A stretch of 64,000 bases of DNA from a plasmid: the sequence record NZ_CP156668.1; one strand, written 5' to 3'. Made by a program: the position numbers and the translations under genes. Below, one piece after another: positions 18,605 to 29,304 of the stretch; within the stretch, counting starts at the first letter, position 1, and the number at the start of each line of letters is the position of its first letter. The notes under the pieces are model-generated. The model did not search any database and had not been told where the DNA came from. It worked only from the letters and a program-made list of their open reading frames with translations.

Positions 18605-19450
18605 TTAGTAAGACAGGCCAGGGTTGAAGAAACCAACTAATACACCAATAAGCGCAATTACTACGAGAATTAACATTGTCCAGATTGCTGATACATGTTT
18701 TTTTGTCATTAACCACCAACAAAAGAAGGTTACAGCAACCGTTAACAATCCTGGATAAATACTATCTAATTTATCTTGAAGATTTAAAAACACCTTACCA
18801 TTAGCCCCAGTTAATTTAAGTGAAGTCGTAACGCTTACCCATGAAGCTAAAACGCCACCAACAACCATACTTCCAACGGTTCCAATAGCATGTCGAACAG
18901 CTGCACCTTGTTTACCAACTAAAAAGCTAACTGCTTGATCACCAAACTTATATCCCCGAAAATATAAAAATCGTTGTCCAAAATAAGCAATGAGTACCCA
19001 AGCAATAATATAGAATATTGCACCTAATGGTGAACCACCACTTGACATACCTAATGAAATTCCCAACAGAATAGGAATTAAGGTACCGTCAATTAAGGAA
19101 TCACCGATCCCGGCAATTGGCCCCATTAAGCCTGCCCGCATATCGTTAATCGTTTCTCCATCGATTTCCTTACCATCAGCGCGTGCTTGCTCCATACTAG
19201 CCGTGATTCCAACAATAACTGTTCCTAACATTGGATTAGTATTAAAGAAAGCAGTATACGCCTTTATGGCTTTAACTTGATCTTTATGCTCGGGATATAA
19301 TTTTCTAAGAATCGGCAACATAGATGCCATATATCCAAATGTTTGCATATGTTCTTGAGAAAAGCATGTTAGTGCCCCCCAAAACCAACGATGAAATGAC
19401 TTTGTCAATGTCTTTTGATCAAGCTGATTATGACTATTAATTTTGTCCAT
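18605..19450 (-). CDS. PTS mannose/fructose/sorbose family IID component
   Basis: The protein has the typical IID sequence and membrane topology. Its ATG at 19450 overlaps the IIC stop, and GAGGAGG lies upstream. Confidence 0.8.
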   Translation of the reverse strand: MDKINSHNQLDQKTLTKSFHRWFWGALTCFSQEHMQTFGYMASMLPILRKLYPEHKDQVKAIKAYTAFFNTNPMLGTVIVGITASMEQARADGKEIDGETINDMRAGLMGPIAGIGDSLIDGTLIPILLGISLGMSSGGSPLGAIFYIIAWVLIAYFGQRFLYFRGYKFGDQAVSFLVGKQGAAVRHAIGTVGSMVVGGVLASWVSVTTSLKLTGANGKVFLNLQDKLDSIYPGLLTVAVTFFCWWLMTKKHVSAIWTMLILVVIALIGVLVGFFNPGLSY

Positions 19451-19452
19451 GA

Positions 19453-20301
19453 TCAAATATCCTCCTCGTCGTCGCTATTACTTGGACCATCAGCGACAGC
19501 TTCAGATCCTGATGTTTTTGCCATCTCAACTTCATACATAATAACTGCAAATAATAGCGAAATAACCGTAACTGATACCAAATTAAGTTTCAATGAAGCA
19601 GCAAGCGTAAATCCTACTAAAAATGGGATAAAGTCTGCTGCCCGCCCAATGATTTGGCGAAGTAAAATAGCAATCCCAACACATGGTAACATTCCACCAA
19701 CTGTGAATAGTGTCTTCATTGCTATCCCATCCATAGGCAGTGCATTTCGTAATGCCGTTACCGCTGTTGAACCATAATAAGTTAATAACATGGTTGGTAA
19801 GAAAGAGAAAATCGCATGAGAAACCCATGGCCAGCCAAAATTAACTGCCGTCAGTTTATCCAACTTGCCACTATGAACATCTTTCCAACCAAAAGATTGC
19901 CATACCAAGTTCATAGTTGCGACTGCGTAATACAAAACTGTTCCAACGGTACCCACCAAAGTTCCAACTGATTTTGCAAGGTTAGCAGCACTACCGCCAA
20001 GCGGATTCAATCCTTGAGAAGCAATGGCGACCATTGCCAATGGAATACCAATATAAGAAATTGCACGAACATCAGCAGATACTGTCCCACCGGGTGTCAC
20101 TAACGCAATGTAAACCAACTGCATTGCAACACCACAAGCAATACCAAGTTGAAGATTTCCAAGAATAATACCACAAACAAGCCCACCAACTAATGGACGG
20201 CCAATAGTGTAATTTCCAACTGCTTGACCAGCCATACAAGAATTCGAGCATAAACAAGCAAACAGACCTAATAGGGCTGCTTGAAGCCAGCTAATTGTCA
20301 T
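19453..20301 (-). CDS. PTS mannose/fructose/sorbose family IIC component
   Basis: Multi-TM protein with the IIC signature and a conserved Gly-rich core. Contiguous with the IIB and IID genes. Confidence 0.8.
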   Translation of the reverse strand: MTISWLQAALLGLFACLCSNSCMAGQAVGNYTIGRPLVGGLVCGIILGNLQLGIACGVAMQLVYIALVTPGGTVSADVRAISYIGIPLAMVAIASQGLNPLGGSAANLAKSVGTLVGTVGTVLYYAVATMNLVWQSFGWKDVHSGKLDKLTAVNFGWPWVSHAIFSFLPTMLLTYYGSTAVTALRNALPMDGIAMKTLFTVGGMLPCVGIAILLRQIIGRAADFIPFLVGFTLAASLKLNLVSVTVISLLFAVIMYEVEMAKTSGSEAVADGPSNSDDEEDI

Positions 20302-20334
20302 TTTAAAATCCTCCTATCCTTTATCAATCATTGA

Positions 20335-20829
20335 TCAATATCCGAATCTCGATTTAAATTTATTCCAACCCCCTAATCGTTGATCTGGTAATAAAGCAAA
20401 TTCCACGTTATAGCCATTCTTTTCAATAGCTTCAAACGCATCACCCTCAGACTGCGTAAAGGATTGATTATCTCCTAATTTAATCGCACCTTCCCGATCA
20501 TTACCTGGACCAACAATAATCGTCTTAATATCACCTGGTTTAAAATTCATATCCACTAAAATTGTTTTCATATCTTGGGGGTTTTTAGTAATCAAAAAGT
20601 ATTTTGTTTCCGAACTCAAAACTTTGTCTCTGACTTGGTTAAAGTGATCAAGGGTCCAAACAAAAGTTTTTTTATCCGATGCAGCCTTATAAGCCTCAGC
20701 TAAAATAGCGTTATTAGCTGCTTTATCGTTTACTGCAATAATTCCATCACATGGATACTCTTTACCCCAACGGACAGTTATAAGTCCATGAATCATACGA
20801 TCGTCAATACGAACAAAAGAAATTGCCAT
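20335..20829 (-). CDS. PTS mannose-family IIB component
   Basis: MAISFVRIDDRMIHGLITVRW... carries the phosphohistidine motif of PTS_IIB_man (RIDDRLIHGQ-like). Confidence 0.8.
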   Translation of the reverse strand: MAISFVRIDDRMIHGLITVRWGKEYPCDGIIAVNDKAANNAILAEAYKAASDKKTFVWTLDHFNQVRDKVLSSETKYFLITKNPQDMKTILVDMNFKPGDIKTIIVGPGNDREGAIKLGDNQSFTQSEGDAFEAIEKNGYNVEFALLPDQRLGGWNKFKSRFGY

Positions 20830-20844
20830 TTTAATATTTCCTCC

Positions 20845-21279
20845 TTAAATGTCTTCATCAGATGATTTCAATATTCCATTCATATCTAAGGGCCTAATGG
20901 CCTTAGTTGCTTCTGAAAGAAGCTTACTCTTCAATTCGATATTATCTAAAGAATCTTTAAACATCATGGCAGTTAATGCCATTGGGAAATTCATCCCCCC
21001 AATAATGATGCTATCATTGAATTTTTTTTGTCTATTTAAAACATTACATACTGTGGTAAGGGGACTACCACCAATAATATCTGCCAAAATAACAAACTGA
21101 GAATTCTCTGGTATTGGCTTCATAGTAGTATCAATTCGCTTATCTAACGTATCAATAGCTTCATCAGGTTTTAAACCAATGGATATGACTGTATTAGTTG
21201 CATCACCCGCGAACATACTTAAAGTCTGTTTTAAACCATTAGAAAAATCACCGTGACTAATGAGTAACAAATACTTCAA
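20845..21279 (-). CDS. PTS mannose-family IIA component
   Basis: MKYLLLISHGDFSNG... is the EIIA-man fold with an active-site His. TTG start 8 nt after AGGAGG. Confidence 0.75.
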   Translation of the reverse strand: MKYLLLISHGDFSNGLKQTLSMFAGDATNTVISIGLKPDEAIDTLDKRIDTTMKPIPENSQFVILADIIGGSPLTTVCNVLNRQKKFNDSIIIGGMNFPMALTAMMFKDSLDNIELKSKLLSEATKAIRPLDMNGILKSSDEDI

Positions 21280-21503
21280 TTCACTTTCCTCCTAACTCAA
21301 GAAATTTTTGAATATATTTTCTAAAAATGATACCTATCATCATTTATTAGGGATAGCACCTTCTTTATCATTAAATAATATAAGCAGCTTCGAATTCGAA
21401 CTAGACTAAAAAATAGTTAGCGCTTACAATGTATATATTAGGCATATAGATATAAAAAGTCATCAAAATATTGTGCTTAATTTTAGACAATAGTGCTTAA
21501 GGG

Positions 21504-24041
21504 GTGGAAATTTTGAATGCAATAGAAAAACTTTATGCGGTTATCGCACAACAGTTTCCTAACGGTCGTATTACTACGAACCAAGCAGCTCATGCAATTG
21601 GGCTGACACGTGGTGTGACTAGTAGTTATCTATCAAAATTAGAAAAACAAGGGCAATTGGAAAAATCTGGAAGCAGACCAGTATATTGGCAGATTAAACA
21701 TAAAAAGAATGCTTTTGATAACTTAATAGGCTCATATGGCAGTTTAAAATCCAATATTAAAAATGCTATAGAAGCCATTGTCTACCCTAGCCATGGTTTA
21801 CCGGTTCTTATTACAGGTAGTCATGGCACTGGTAAACTATTATTTGCTCACGCCATTTACAATGAAGCCATCAGACGTAAAATCTTGACTGAAAAGGCTA
21901 TTTTTAAATTGATCGATTGTGAAGATTATCGAAATCAGTTAAACGTGCTGAAAAGAGAATTGAAAACTATTTCTACCCAGTCTAACAAAATCAAATCTGA
22001 AGATAGTTACGTGTGTATTAAAAATCTACAGACATTTAAGCCTGTAGATCAGCAAGGTTTATTTACTTATATTATGCAACAACCCGATAGTACCGTTCGT
22101 TATATTTTTTCAACGACTAATACAAACCTCAGTCTTCAAGATAACATATATTTAAAAAATGCTATGGTGAGAATTGACTTATTGGACCTTGATAGCAAGC
22201 CTTTTCATGAGAAAGTTGCTTTTATTATTATGTTCCTACAACAACAAGCCGATCAAATTAACAAGAAGATTTTAATTTCACCATCTGAACTTATTAAGCT
22301 GGCCAAGCTTAGACAAGCTGATAACATCAGAGGCCTGCAAAATACAATTAAACTACTGGTAGCGTCAGCCTACGCCCGATCCTTAAAAATGAATCAGTTA
22401 GTTATTGGTTTAGATGTAAATCATGCTATCTCCATCATACCTAACCAGAATTTATTACAAACTAGCATAACTAGGGTAGTCAACAATATCCTACAGCTTA
22501 ATTCCAACTCACACACTTTGCTCACGCAACTCACAGATTCACTTAACCGTGGCGAACCTATCACAGAGCAAAATTTTTATTTGCTTAAGGTACTTAAGCA
22601 AGTCAGCATTATTACTAACGAACCGGCATTGCTTAGCTTAGCACCGACGCTTAAAGCAGCCGCCCAGAAGTATATTACTACTCCCTATGGCGTTAATTTT
22701 CCACAAAATAGTAATTTTTGGAATCAGATTGCTTTATCTTCCATCTATGCTAATCTTTGTAGCATCAACCTACCAGATGATGAACAATCCTCCAAACTGC
22801 AAGAAGCTTTAAGAAATCATTACCCGAGAAGCTACTATTTGTTCAAAAAATTGCTGACCAAAATTGAACCTCAATACGTAAAAAATAGTTATTATTACCT
22901 TCCGTTTTTCATCTTGATGGCATCAAGCACAGATAAAATTGAATCTGTGCATTATAACGCTATTTTATTAGCACATGGAGAACAAACTGCTTCTAGCATT
23001 CAACAAATAGCAAATACATTATGTGGTAATTACTTTTTTGAAGCCTTTAATATGCCAATAGATATTTCCTTAGGAGAAATTAATACTTATGTCTGTAATT
23101 ATTTGTCTGAGCAAGGTGATTCTGCAAAAGGAAATATTGTTCTATTTGATATGGGCTCACTACACCAAATGTTTAAAGAAATTAAGAAAGTTTCTGATCA
23201 AGAACTTCTAGTTGTTAATAATATAACAACTGCAATGGCGCTTGATATTGGTCTTCAGATTCAACGCAACGAACCATTTCTTGCTATTGCAGAAGCAAGC
23301 CAGAAATACGGCGCTACTACTGATTCTCAATACTATGAGGGATTATCGAATAAACAAAATATTATTGTTTCTTGCATGTCAGGAGTCGGTTTATCCAAGG
23401 AACTTAAAAAGCTTATTCAAACAACTCTGTCATCATCCTTAGAAATAATTGCTCTAGATTATAAGCAATTACACAATTTACTAATCAACCAAGATCATCA
23501 ATTTTTTTCAAAGACAAAATTAATCTTAACCACAACCGATATCAATCATGATTTAGATATTGCTATTATAAATGTTTATAGCATTTTTGATAAAAACATT
23601 TCTTTAAAATTACAATCCATATTGTTATCAATTGGTGAAAGTTATGAAGCCTGCAAATTATTGATTGATCGCTTACTACAGTTTCTTTCAATTGAGGGCA
23701 TTCGTGGACGTTTACAAATCTTGAACCCCAATATTGTAATTAAGGATAGTCAAGACATTGTTACTCATTATGAAAATTTCTATGATGTTAAATTTAATCC
23801 TAGATTAAAGCTCAATTTATATATGCATCTCTCGCTAATGATCGAACGAATGATTATGAATCATACAAGCTCCGATAATTTGATAAATAAAATGACATTG
23901 ACTAGCCAAGAAAGAGATTTTTTCACATTGTCCAACGGAATTTTTAAACCTATAGAAAAAAAATTCAATATTGAAATCCAACCATATGAAATTGAATTAA
24001 TTTATCAATTGATCAAAGATTTCATAAAAAACAAAAGTTAA
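21504..24041 (+). CDS. fosR: LevR/FosR-like sigma-54-dependent transcriptional activator with PRD and EIIA/EIIB-like regulatory domains
   Basis: N-terminal HTH, then an AAA+ sigma-54-interaction domain with Walker A (ITGSHGTGKLLFAHAIY) and downstream PRD-like regions. Divergent from the PTS operon. The true start may be the TTG at 21513 (AAGGGG 7 nt upstream). Confidence 0.75.
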   Translation: MEILNAIEKLYAVIAQQFPNGRITTNQAAHAIGLTRGVTSSYLSKLEKQGQLEKSGSRPVYWQIKHKKNAFDNLIGSYGSLKSNIKNAIEAIVYPSHGLPVLITGSHGTGKLLFAHAIYNEAIRRKILTEKAIFKLIDCEDYRNQLNVLKRELKTISTQSNKIKSEDSYVCIKNLQTFKPVDQQGLFTYIMQQPDSTVRYIFSTTNTNLSLQDNIYLKNAMVRIDLLDLDSKPFHEKVAFIIMFLQQQADQINKKILISPSELIKLAKLRQADNIRGLQNTIKLLVASAYARSLKMNQLVIGLDVNHAISIIPNQNLLQTSITRVVNNILQLNSNSHTLLTQLTDSLNRGEPITEQNFYLLKVLKQVSIITNEPALLSLAPTLKAAAQKYITTPYGVNFPQNSNFWNQIALSSIYANLCSINLPDDEQSSKLQEALRNHYPRSYYLFKKLLTKIEPQYVKNSYYYLPFFILMASSTDKIESVHYNAILLAHGEQTASSIQQIANTLCGNYFFEAFNMPIDISLGEINTYVCNYLSEQGDSAKGNIVLFDMGSLHQMFKEIKKVSDQELLVVNNITTAMALDIGLQIQRNEPFLAIAEASQKYGATTDSQYYEGLSNKQNIIVSCMSGVGLSKELKKLIQTTLSSSLEIIALDYKQLHNLLINQDHQFFSKTKLILTTTDINHDLDIAIINVYSIFDKNISLKLQSILLSIGESYEACKLLIDRLLQFLSIEGIRGRLQILNPNIVIKDSQDIVTHYENFYDVKFNPRLKLNLYMHLSLMIERMIMNHTSSDNLINKMTLTSQERDFFTLSNGIFKPIEKKFNIEIQPYEIELIYQLIKDFIKNKS

Positions 24042-24451
24042 AACACGATCTACCCTTTTACCAAAATGAGCAGAGAGACTACTATGATATATTGATACTA
24101 TATTTAATCTATTTCGTTTAGTATCCTTTACTATATATAATAAGGAGGCCTCTAATGCTAGCTTTTCTGTCAACATCATTCATACCATCCAATGATAAGA
24201 TGTGGTCACGAGTTGGCATAAATAAAAATCAACAATTCCCGCCATTGGCAATAGATTTAGGATGACGTTCCCTTAATTTTGAATGGTGTCCATGGTCTTA
24301 GTTAAATCTTTCTTGTTTCTGCCCAATTGATTCAATTCAGTAACTATGACAACACCACCTTAACAAATCATAATTTGGATAATAGTATGTTCCATTTGAA
24401 AGCTAAGCCTTATAATTAGCATAGGGTTAATAGCTCTAATCAAAATACCCA

Positions 24452-24492
24452 TAAAAGGCCTGCTCAACTAACAATTGAGTAGGCCTTTTGTA
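24452..24492. terminator. Hairpin terminator downstream of fosR
   Basis: aaaaggcctgctcaactaacaattgagtaggccttttg. Confidence 0.55.
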
Positions 24493-24648
24493 GTACAAAT
24501 TAATCCTTATCACGACTAACCTCAATAGCACAACAGGTATAAATAGTGCCTAAAATTCCTAAATAAATTTCTCTCACAACTGTTTAATAAAGTGGCAGTC
24601 CCCGTCGTACGTGATTAATTAAACATTCAATTCTTAAAACACCTATTT

Positions 24649-25203
24649 TTAAATCGACTTAAACCTTCGCTGTTGCGTGCGTTTACTAATCCCCGTCTTT
24701 CGTTCAATCATCTTATAAGTCATGCCTTGTTTTCGCAACTCATAAGCAAATCTGATCTGTTCATCAGAATACGTTTTCGGTCGCCCTTCCCGAAACAACG
24801 GATCATGTTGCTTGGCATACAATTTACCTTCTTGTGTGCGCGTGACAATCATATCGCGTTCAAACTGCGCAAAGGCGCTAAATATTGTAAAGACTAGTTG
24901 TCCAGTCGGCGTATTGTCAATTAAGCCCATATTCAAAATGTTGACTTTGACATTTTCTTTAAACAACTCTTGGATAATGGCTAAGGCCTCGCGCGTGTTC
25001 CGTGCAAACCGATCCAACTTAGTAACAATCAAAGTATCGCCTGTTTTTAGAACGCGCAACAGTTTTTGAAACTCCGGTCGTTCGGTAGTTGTGCCGGTAA
25101 ACTTTTCTTGAAAGATTTTTTCTGCTCCTGCCAATTTTAGTAACTCAATTTGATTTGCTAATTTTTGATCAGTGGTACTGACCCGCGCATAGCCATATTT
25201 CAT
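24649..25203 (-). CDS. Serine recombinase (resolvase/invertase family)
   Basis: [18 protein letters not shown]... carries the catalytic Ser, and the C-terminal HTH ends ...[14 protein letters not shown]. Confidence 0.85.
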   Translation of the reverse strand: MKYGYARVSTTDQKLANQIELLKLAGAEKIFQEKFTGTTTERPEFQKLLRVLKTGDTLIVTKLDRFARNTREALAIIQELFKENVKVNILNMGLIDNTPTGQLVFTIFSAFAQFERDMIVTRTQEGKLYAKQHDPLFREGRPKTYSDEQIRFAYELRKQGMTYKMIERKTGISKRTQQRRFKSI

Positions 25204-25579
25204 CTTTTTCTCTCCTTATTTATGTCATTAAGTAATGACACGGTTCTAACCCTTTAATTATACAGCATCAAAAAAAGAGGCCATAACTGTTAAGTTGTGA
25301 CCTGGCTTGTTCTATCTAAGCACTTTACTCATTATATATTCAAGACGTCCAAAAAGTTGCATCTAATATATCTAAGCCCTTTAACGGGGAGACACTTTGC
25401 CACTTGCAATGCTCGATTAATTACTTAGGTATACAAAATGATTATTGTCACGAGACTAAAATAATCTTAATGTTTAAATTTGCTTCACTTCAATAAAAGA
25501 CCGGCCTGCTCAAACCCAAGGGTTTTAACGGACCGATCTTTATTTACATTAAGGCATCTTTACTTACTTTGAAAAACTT

Positions 25580-26017
25580 TTAATTTATCTTAGCCAGTTG
25601 TTGTGACAAAGTTTCCACTTGTTTAGTCAACTTCTCCAGATTGTGACTCTGGTCGAAAGTTTTTAAGTTCGCTTGCACTTGCCGAAAAACCTTTTGGACT
25701 CTTTCTTGGCCATTAACAGTCAAAGTTAGCCGAACAATTCGTCGATCATTTGGATTCACTTGTGATTGAATTAAATTATCTTGAATCAATCGCCAAGTAT
25801 TCCTGGAAATTAGTGTGCGCGTAACCATGAATGCATCAGCTAATTCACTAGCAGTAGCTTGCCCATGTTGTTCAAGATAGACTAATATTCTCCACTCACG
25901 CATTGAAAATTCAGTTTTGGCCAGTCCTTGCACTAACATCTGGTATGCCTGTTTCTGAATAGCTTGCAGGGTTGTTAAGCTCTCAAACTGGTTCTTAATT
26001 TGCTGATGATTTACCAT
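25580..26017 (-). CDS. MarR-family transcriptional regulator
   Basis: Winged helix ...MREWRILVYLEQHGQATASELADAFMVTRTLISRNTWRLIQDNLIQSQVNPNDRRIVRLTLT... Confidence 0.7.
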   Translation of the reverse strand: MVNHQQIKNQFESLTTLQAIQKQAYQMLVQGLAKTEFSMREWRILVYLEQHGQATASELADAFMVTRTLISRNTWRLIQDNLIQSQVNPNDRRIVRLTLTVNGQERVQKVFRQVQANLKTFDQSHNLEKLTKQVETLSQQLAKIN

Positions 26018-26400
26018 ATAATATCATCCTATTCTTTGTACTGCCGCTTAGTCATTCCGAAGAGTTATAACAAACTACTCATGGCTAATAGTAATAAGCC
26101 CCTCAGTGTCATATGTCGTTGGTCAGTTTCATCAGTTCGAGGCAACCATTAATCTACAAAATTAGTAGCCTCTGTTTGACCAGCCTGAACCGGCTTAGCA
26201 GCATCGTTGATTGGCTCGGGTTAATAGAAACTCTAAAATCTGTCGATAAACTATTTATAATTCTTATTATAATAAATTGATTCAAACTCATTATGAACGT
26301 TAGAAATATTATTAATATGCATTGAAGGTTAATTTTACAATCTACCTAAAACTAAATATAATTTTTCTAACTTAGTTGTTGCACTTAAACTACTGCATAC

Positions 26401-28437
26401 TCATTTTTCAGTCTTACTTAAGCTACCTCGATGATAAATTTTCTTTTGGATTAAGTATTGATCCTGATATTGAGTAATAAATAACGGAGAACTTTCTTCT
26501 ATGACATTGCTAAACTCCAAACCATACCATGAAATAGGTGAGGCCGTAATTTTCTGCAAATAGATGCGCCCGCCAATCAATCTTCTATCTAACGAGCTTA
26601 ACTGATCATTGGCAATTAAATCTGCTGGTTGTTCCTTTATAATAACAAACTTAAAGTCGCCGACTTTCCGTTGTCGCTCTGTTGAATACGTGGGTATTTG
26701 TGGTTCTAAAATACCTTGTTCCACTAGATGATTTACAATTTGATGTAAATAGACACTAACGGATTGAGATTTCTTAAACCCTAAGTACAATTGAACGTTA
26801 ACAACATTATGCGTCTCAAGTAAATCAACTGTATAATTACTTTCATAAGGTGCATTGGTTTCATTGACTGTAACAAACCAATAAACTTTAGCTCTTTTAG
26901 GTTGTCTGTCGAGAATAGAATACATGGTACTACGCTTAATTTGGTAATCACCCTTAATTTTAGTCATATACACTAAGTTAGTCGTGAACAAAGGTACTGT
27001 ATTGTCTGCGCTTAATTTAGAGAGTTGATCACGATAGTCAAGAAGTGAAACATACTCGCTTTCTTTCTCATAATGTTCTCTTCGTTTATTTCCAAAGTAC
27101 CAAAGCCACATAATATAAAGAATGCCCAACATGATTGTTAACGTAACATAACCGCCATGAATAAACTTAACCAAACTTGAAATTAGAAAGATTAACTCAA
27201 TAAAACCAAAAAACAAGGCAATTATAAGTGCTGTTCCCTTAGCCAGGTGTTTCTTTAAGAATTCATGCAAAAGCACAGTAGTCATAAGCATGGTAATAGT
27301 GATCGCTAAACCATACGCGGCCTCCATTTTTTGTGAACTACCAAAGAACCAGACTGCACTAATTGTTATTATACATAGTATCCAGTTAACAGTTGCAATA
27401 TAAATTTGATTTTTTATATTACTTGGATGTCTAATAACCATTCTAGGTAAAAATTTTAAGCCAATTGCTTCATCGGCTAAAGTGTAAGAACCCGTAATCA
27501 ACGCTTGAGAGGCAATAATTGCAGCGAGTGTGGCTAGCACAATGCCAACTAGGCGCCAAGTTCCGGGGAGCATTTCATAAAAGGGATTTAAGTTCGATAA
27601 GTTCCTGTAAGCAGTGTCACCTGCATGTCTAATTATCCAAGCCCCCTGACCTAAGTAATTTAAAAATAGGGTGCTATATACTAGTGGCCAGGTTACATAA
27701 ATATTCTTCTTGCCAACGTGACCCATATCGGAATATAAAGCCTCTGCTCCTGTGGTTGCCAAAAAGATACTTCCAAGTATAAAGATTCCCACTTTGTTAA
27801 CTGGACTGAATAGTATCCTAATTGCATAATAAGGAGAAATAGCCTTCAATATCATTGGATAATTGATTAGATTAACGATTCCAAAGACAGCCAAAAAACC
27901 AAACCATAAAATCATCACTGGTCCAAAGGATTTCCCAATCACACCTGTTCCAAAACGTTGAATCATAAATAATACGAGTAGAACAACTGTTGTGATAATC
28001 AAGACGTTATGTTGAGAATTACTAAACACCACAGGGCCAAGGTGTTGTTTTTTTAATCCCTCAATGGCTGAGGTCACGGTTACTGCAGGTGTTAATGTTC
28101 CATCGGCCAAAATAGCTGCCCCACCAATCAAAGCTGGCCAAATTAACCATTTTGCATTTTTTCGAACTAAGGCATATAAAGCAAAAATACCGCCTTCATG
28201 CTTGTTGTCGGCTTGCATTGCAATGACAACATACTTCAACGTTGTAATAATCATTAATGTCCAAAATATCAAAGAAACTGACCCAATGACGTATTCTGGA
28301 GAAATATTTCCCATTTTACCGGCGTCACCAATCAATGCATTCATAACATACAATGGTGAAGTGCCAATATCACCGTACACAATTCCTAAAGTAACAAGTG
28401 CCCCCGCAAAAGAAACACGTTCTAGTTGCTTATTCAT
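26401..28437 (-). CDS. kup: KUP/HAK/KT-family potassium uptake protein
   Basis: N-terminal ...[15 protein letters not shown]... signature, 12 TM helices, plus a ~230-aa C-terminal cytoplasmic domain. Confidence 0.9.
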   Translation of the reverse strand: MNKQLERVSFAGALVTLGIVYGDIGTSPLYVMNALIGDAGKMGNISPEYVIGSVSLIFWTLMIITTLKYVVIAMQADNKHEGGIFALYALVRKNAKWLIWPALIGGAAILADGTLTPAVTVTSAIEGLKKQHLGPVVFSNSQHNVLIITTVVLLVLFMIQRFGTGVIGKSFGPVMILWFGFLAVFGIVNLINYPMILKAISPYYAIRILFSPVNKVGIFILGSIFLATTGAEALYSDMGHVGKKNIYVTWPLVYSTLFLNYLGQGAWIIRHAGDTAYRNLSNLNPFYEMLPGTWRLVGIVLATLAAIIASQALITGSYTLADEAIGLKFLPRMVIRHPSNIKNQIYIATVNWILCIITISAVWFFGSSQKMEAAYGLAITITMLMTTVLLHEFLKKHLAKGTALIIALFFGFIELIFLISSLVKFIHGGYVTLTIMLGILYIMWLWYFGNKRREHYEKESEYVSLLDYRDQLSKLSADNTVPLFTTNLVYMTKIKGDYQIKRSTMYSILDRQPKRAKVYWFVTVNETNAPYESNYTVDLLETHNVVNVQLYLGFKKSQSVSVYLHQIVNHLVEQGILEPQIPTYSTERQRKVGDFKFVIIKEQPADLIANDQLSSLDRRLIGGRIYLQKITASPISWYGLEFSNVIEESSPLFITQYQDQYLIQKKIYHRGSLSKTEK

Positions 28438-28602
28438 ATTTGCTTGCCCCCAACGCTAATTATTGAAATATAGCACTGCAAAATAGTAAGCCTAAACACT
28501 AAGAAAAGCAACTATGCCATATACATCATAATGAAATCACTTTAAAGAAGTTCATAATTTACGATATACTGATTGAAACCATAAATTATGGGTCTTCTAT
28601 TC

Positions 28603-29304
28603 TTAACTATCTAGTTGAACCATCTGATAACCGACTCCAATGTGTGTTTTAATATACTGATTCTGAGTATTAACTTCAATCTTTTTTCGCAAAGTTGCAA
28701 TGGTCACTCGAAGAGAAGATGTATCTTCAACCGATTCTGTCCCCCAGACCTCTTTCAACAGATAGCGGTGTGTCAACACGCGGGAAGTGTTTTCAGCAAG
28801 AATAATCAAAACCTTATATTCGATTGGTGTTAAATGGATTTCATTTTGGTTTACTTTGACCGTTTGTGAATCAAAGTTGATAGTCAATTCTCCATTACAA
28901 TAATTATTAATATTGGTTTTTCCGTTGTTATATATTATGTTAGTCCTTCTCAAGGAAACACGAATTCTAGCCAGTAATTCATCAATAGAAAAGGGTTTTG
29001 TTAAATAATCATCAGCACCCAAATCTAGAGCCTGCACTTTGTCGGCGTCCTCATCACGCGCTGAAATAACAATAATAGGTATATTATTGTTGGCAGCTCG
29101 TATTTGCTTAATAATGTCCATCCCATCCATATCGGGTAACATTAGATCAAGTAAAAGTACATCTGGTTGAAAAATTGGAATAAATTGGAGCGTTTTATTG
29201 CCATTTCTAGCTATGCCATACTTATAATCTGCGGATCTTAATGTCATTTGTATTAATCGAGCTACTTCTGGATCATCTTCGACAATCAAAATTCTATTTT
29301 TCAT
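28603..29304 (-). CDS. kdpE: OmpR-family response regulator KdpE
   Basis: REC domain (D in LLLDLMLPDMDG) plus a winged-helix output domain. Overlaps kdpD by 11 nt. Confidence 0.85.
   Translation of the reverse strand: MKNRILIVEDDPEVARLIQMTLRSADYKYGIARNGNKTLQFIPIFQPDVLLLDLMLPDMDGMDIIKQIRAANNNIPIIVISARDEDADKVQALDLGADDYLTKPFSIDELLARIRVSLRRTNIIYNNGKTNINNYCNGELTINFDSQTVKVNQNEIHLTPIEYKVLIILAENTSRVLTHRYLLKEVWGTESVEDTSSLRVTIATLRKKIEVNTQNQYIKTHIGVGYQMVQLDS

Noticed and set aside
28064-28459. 131-aa plus-strand ORF inside kup
   Set aside because: Antisense to Kup. No support.
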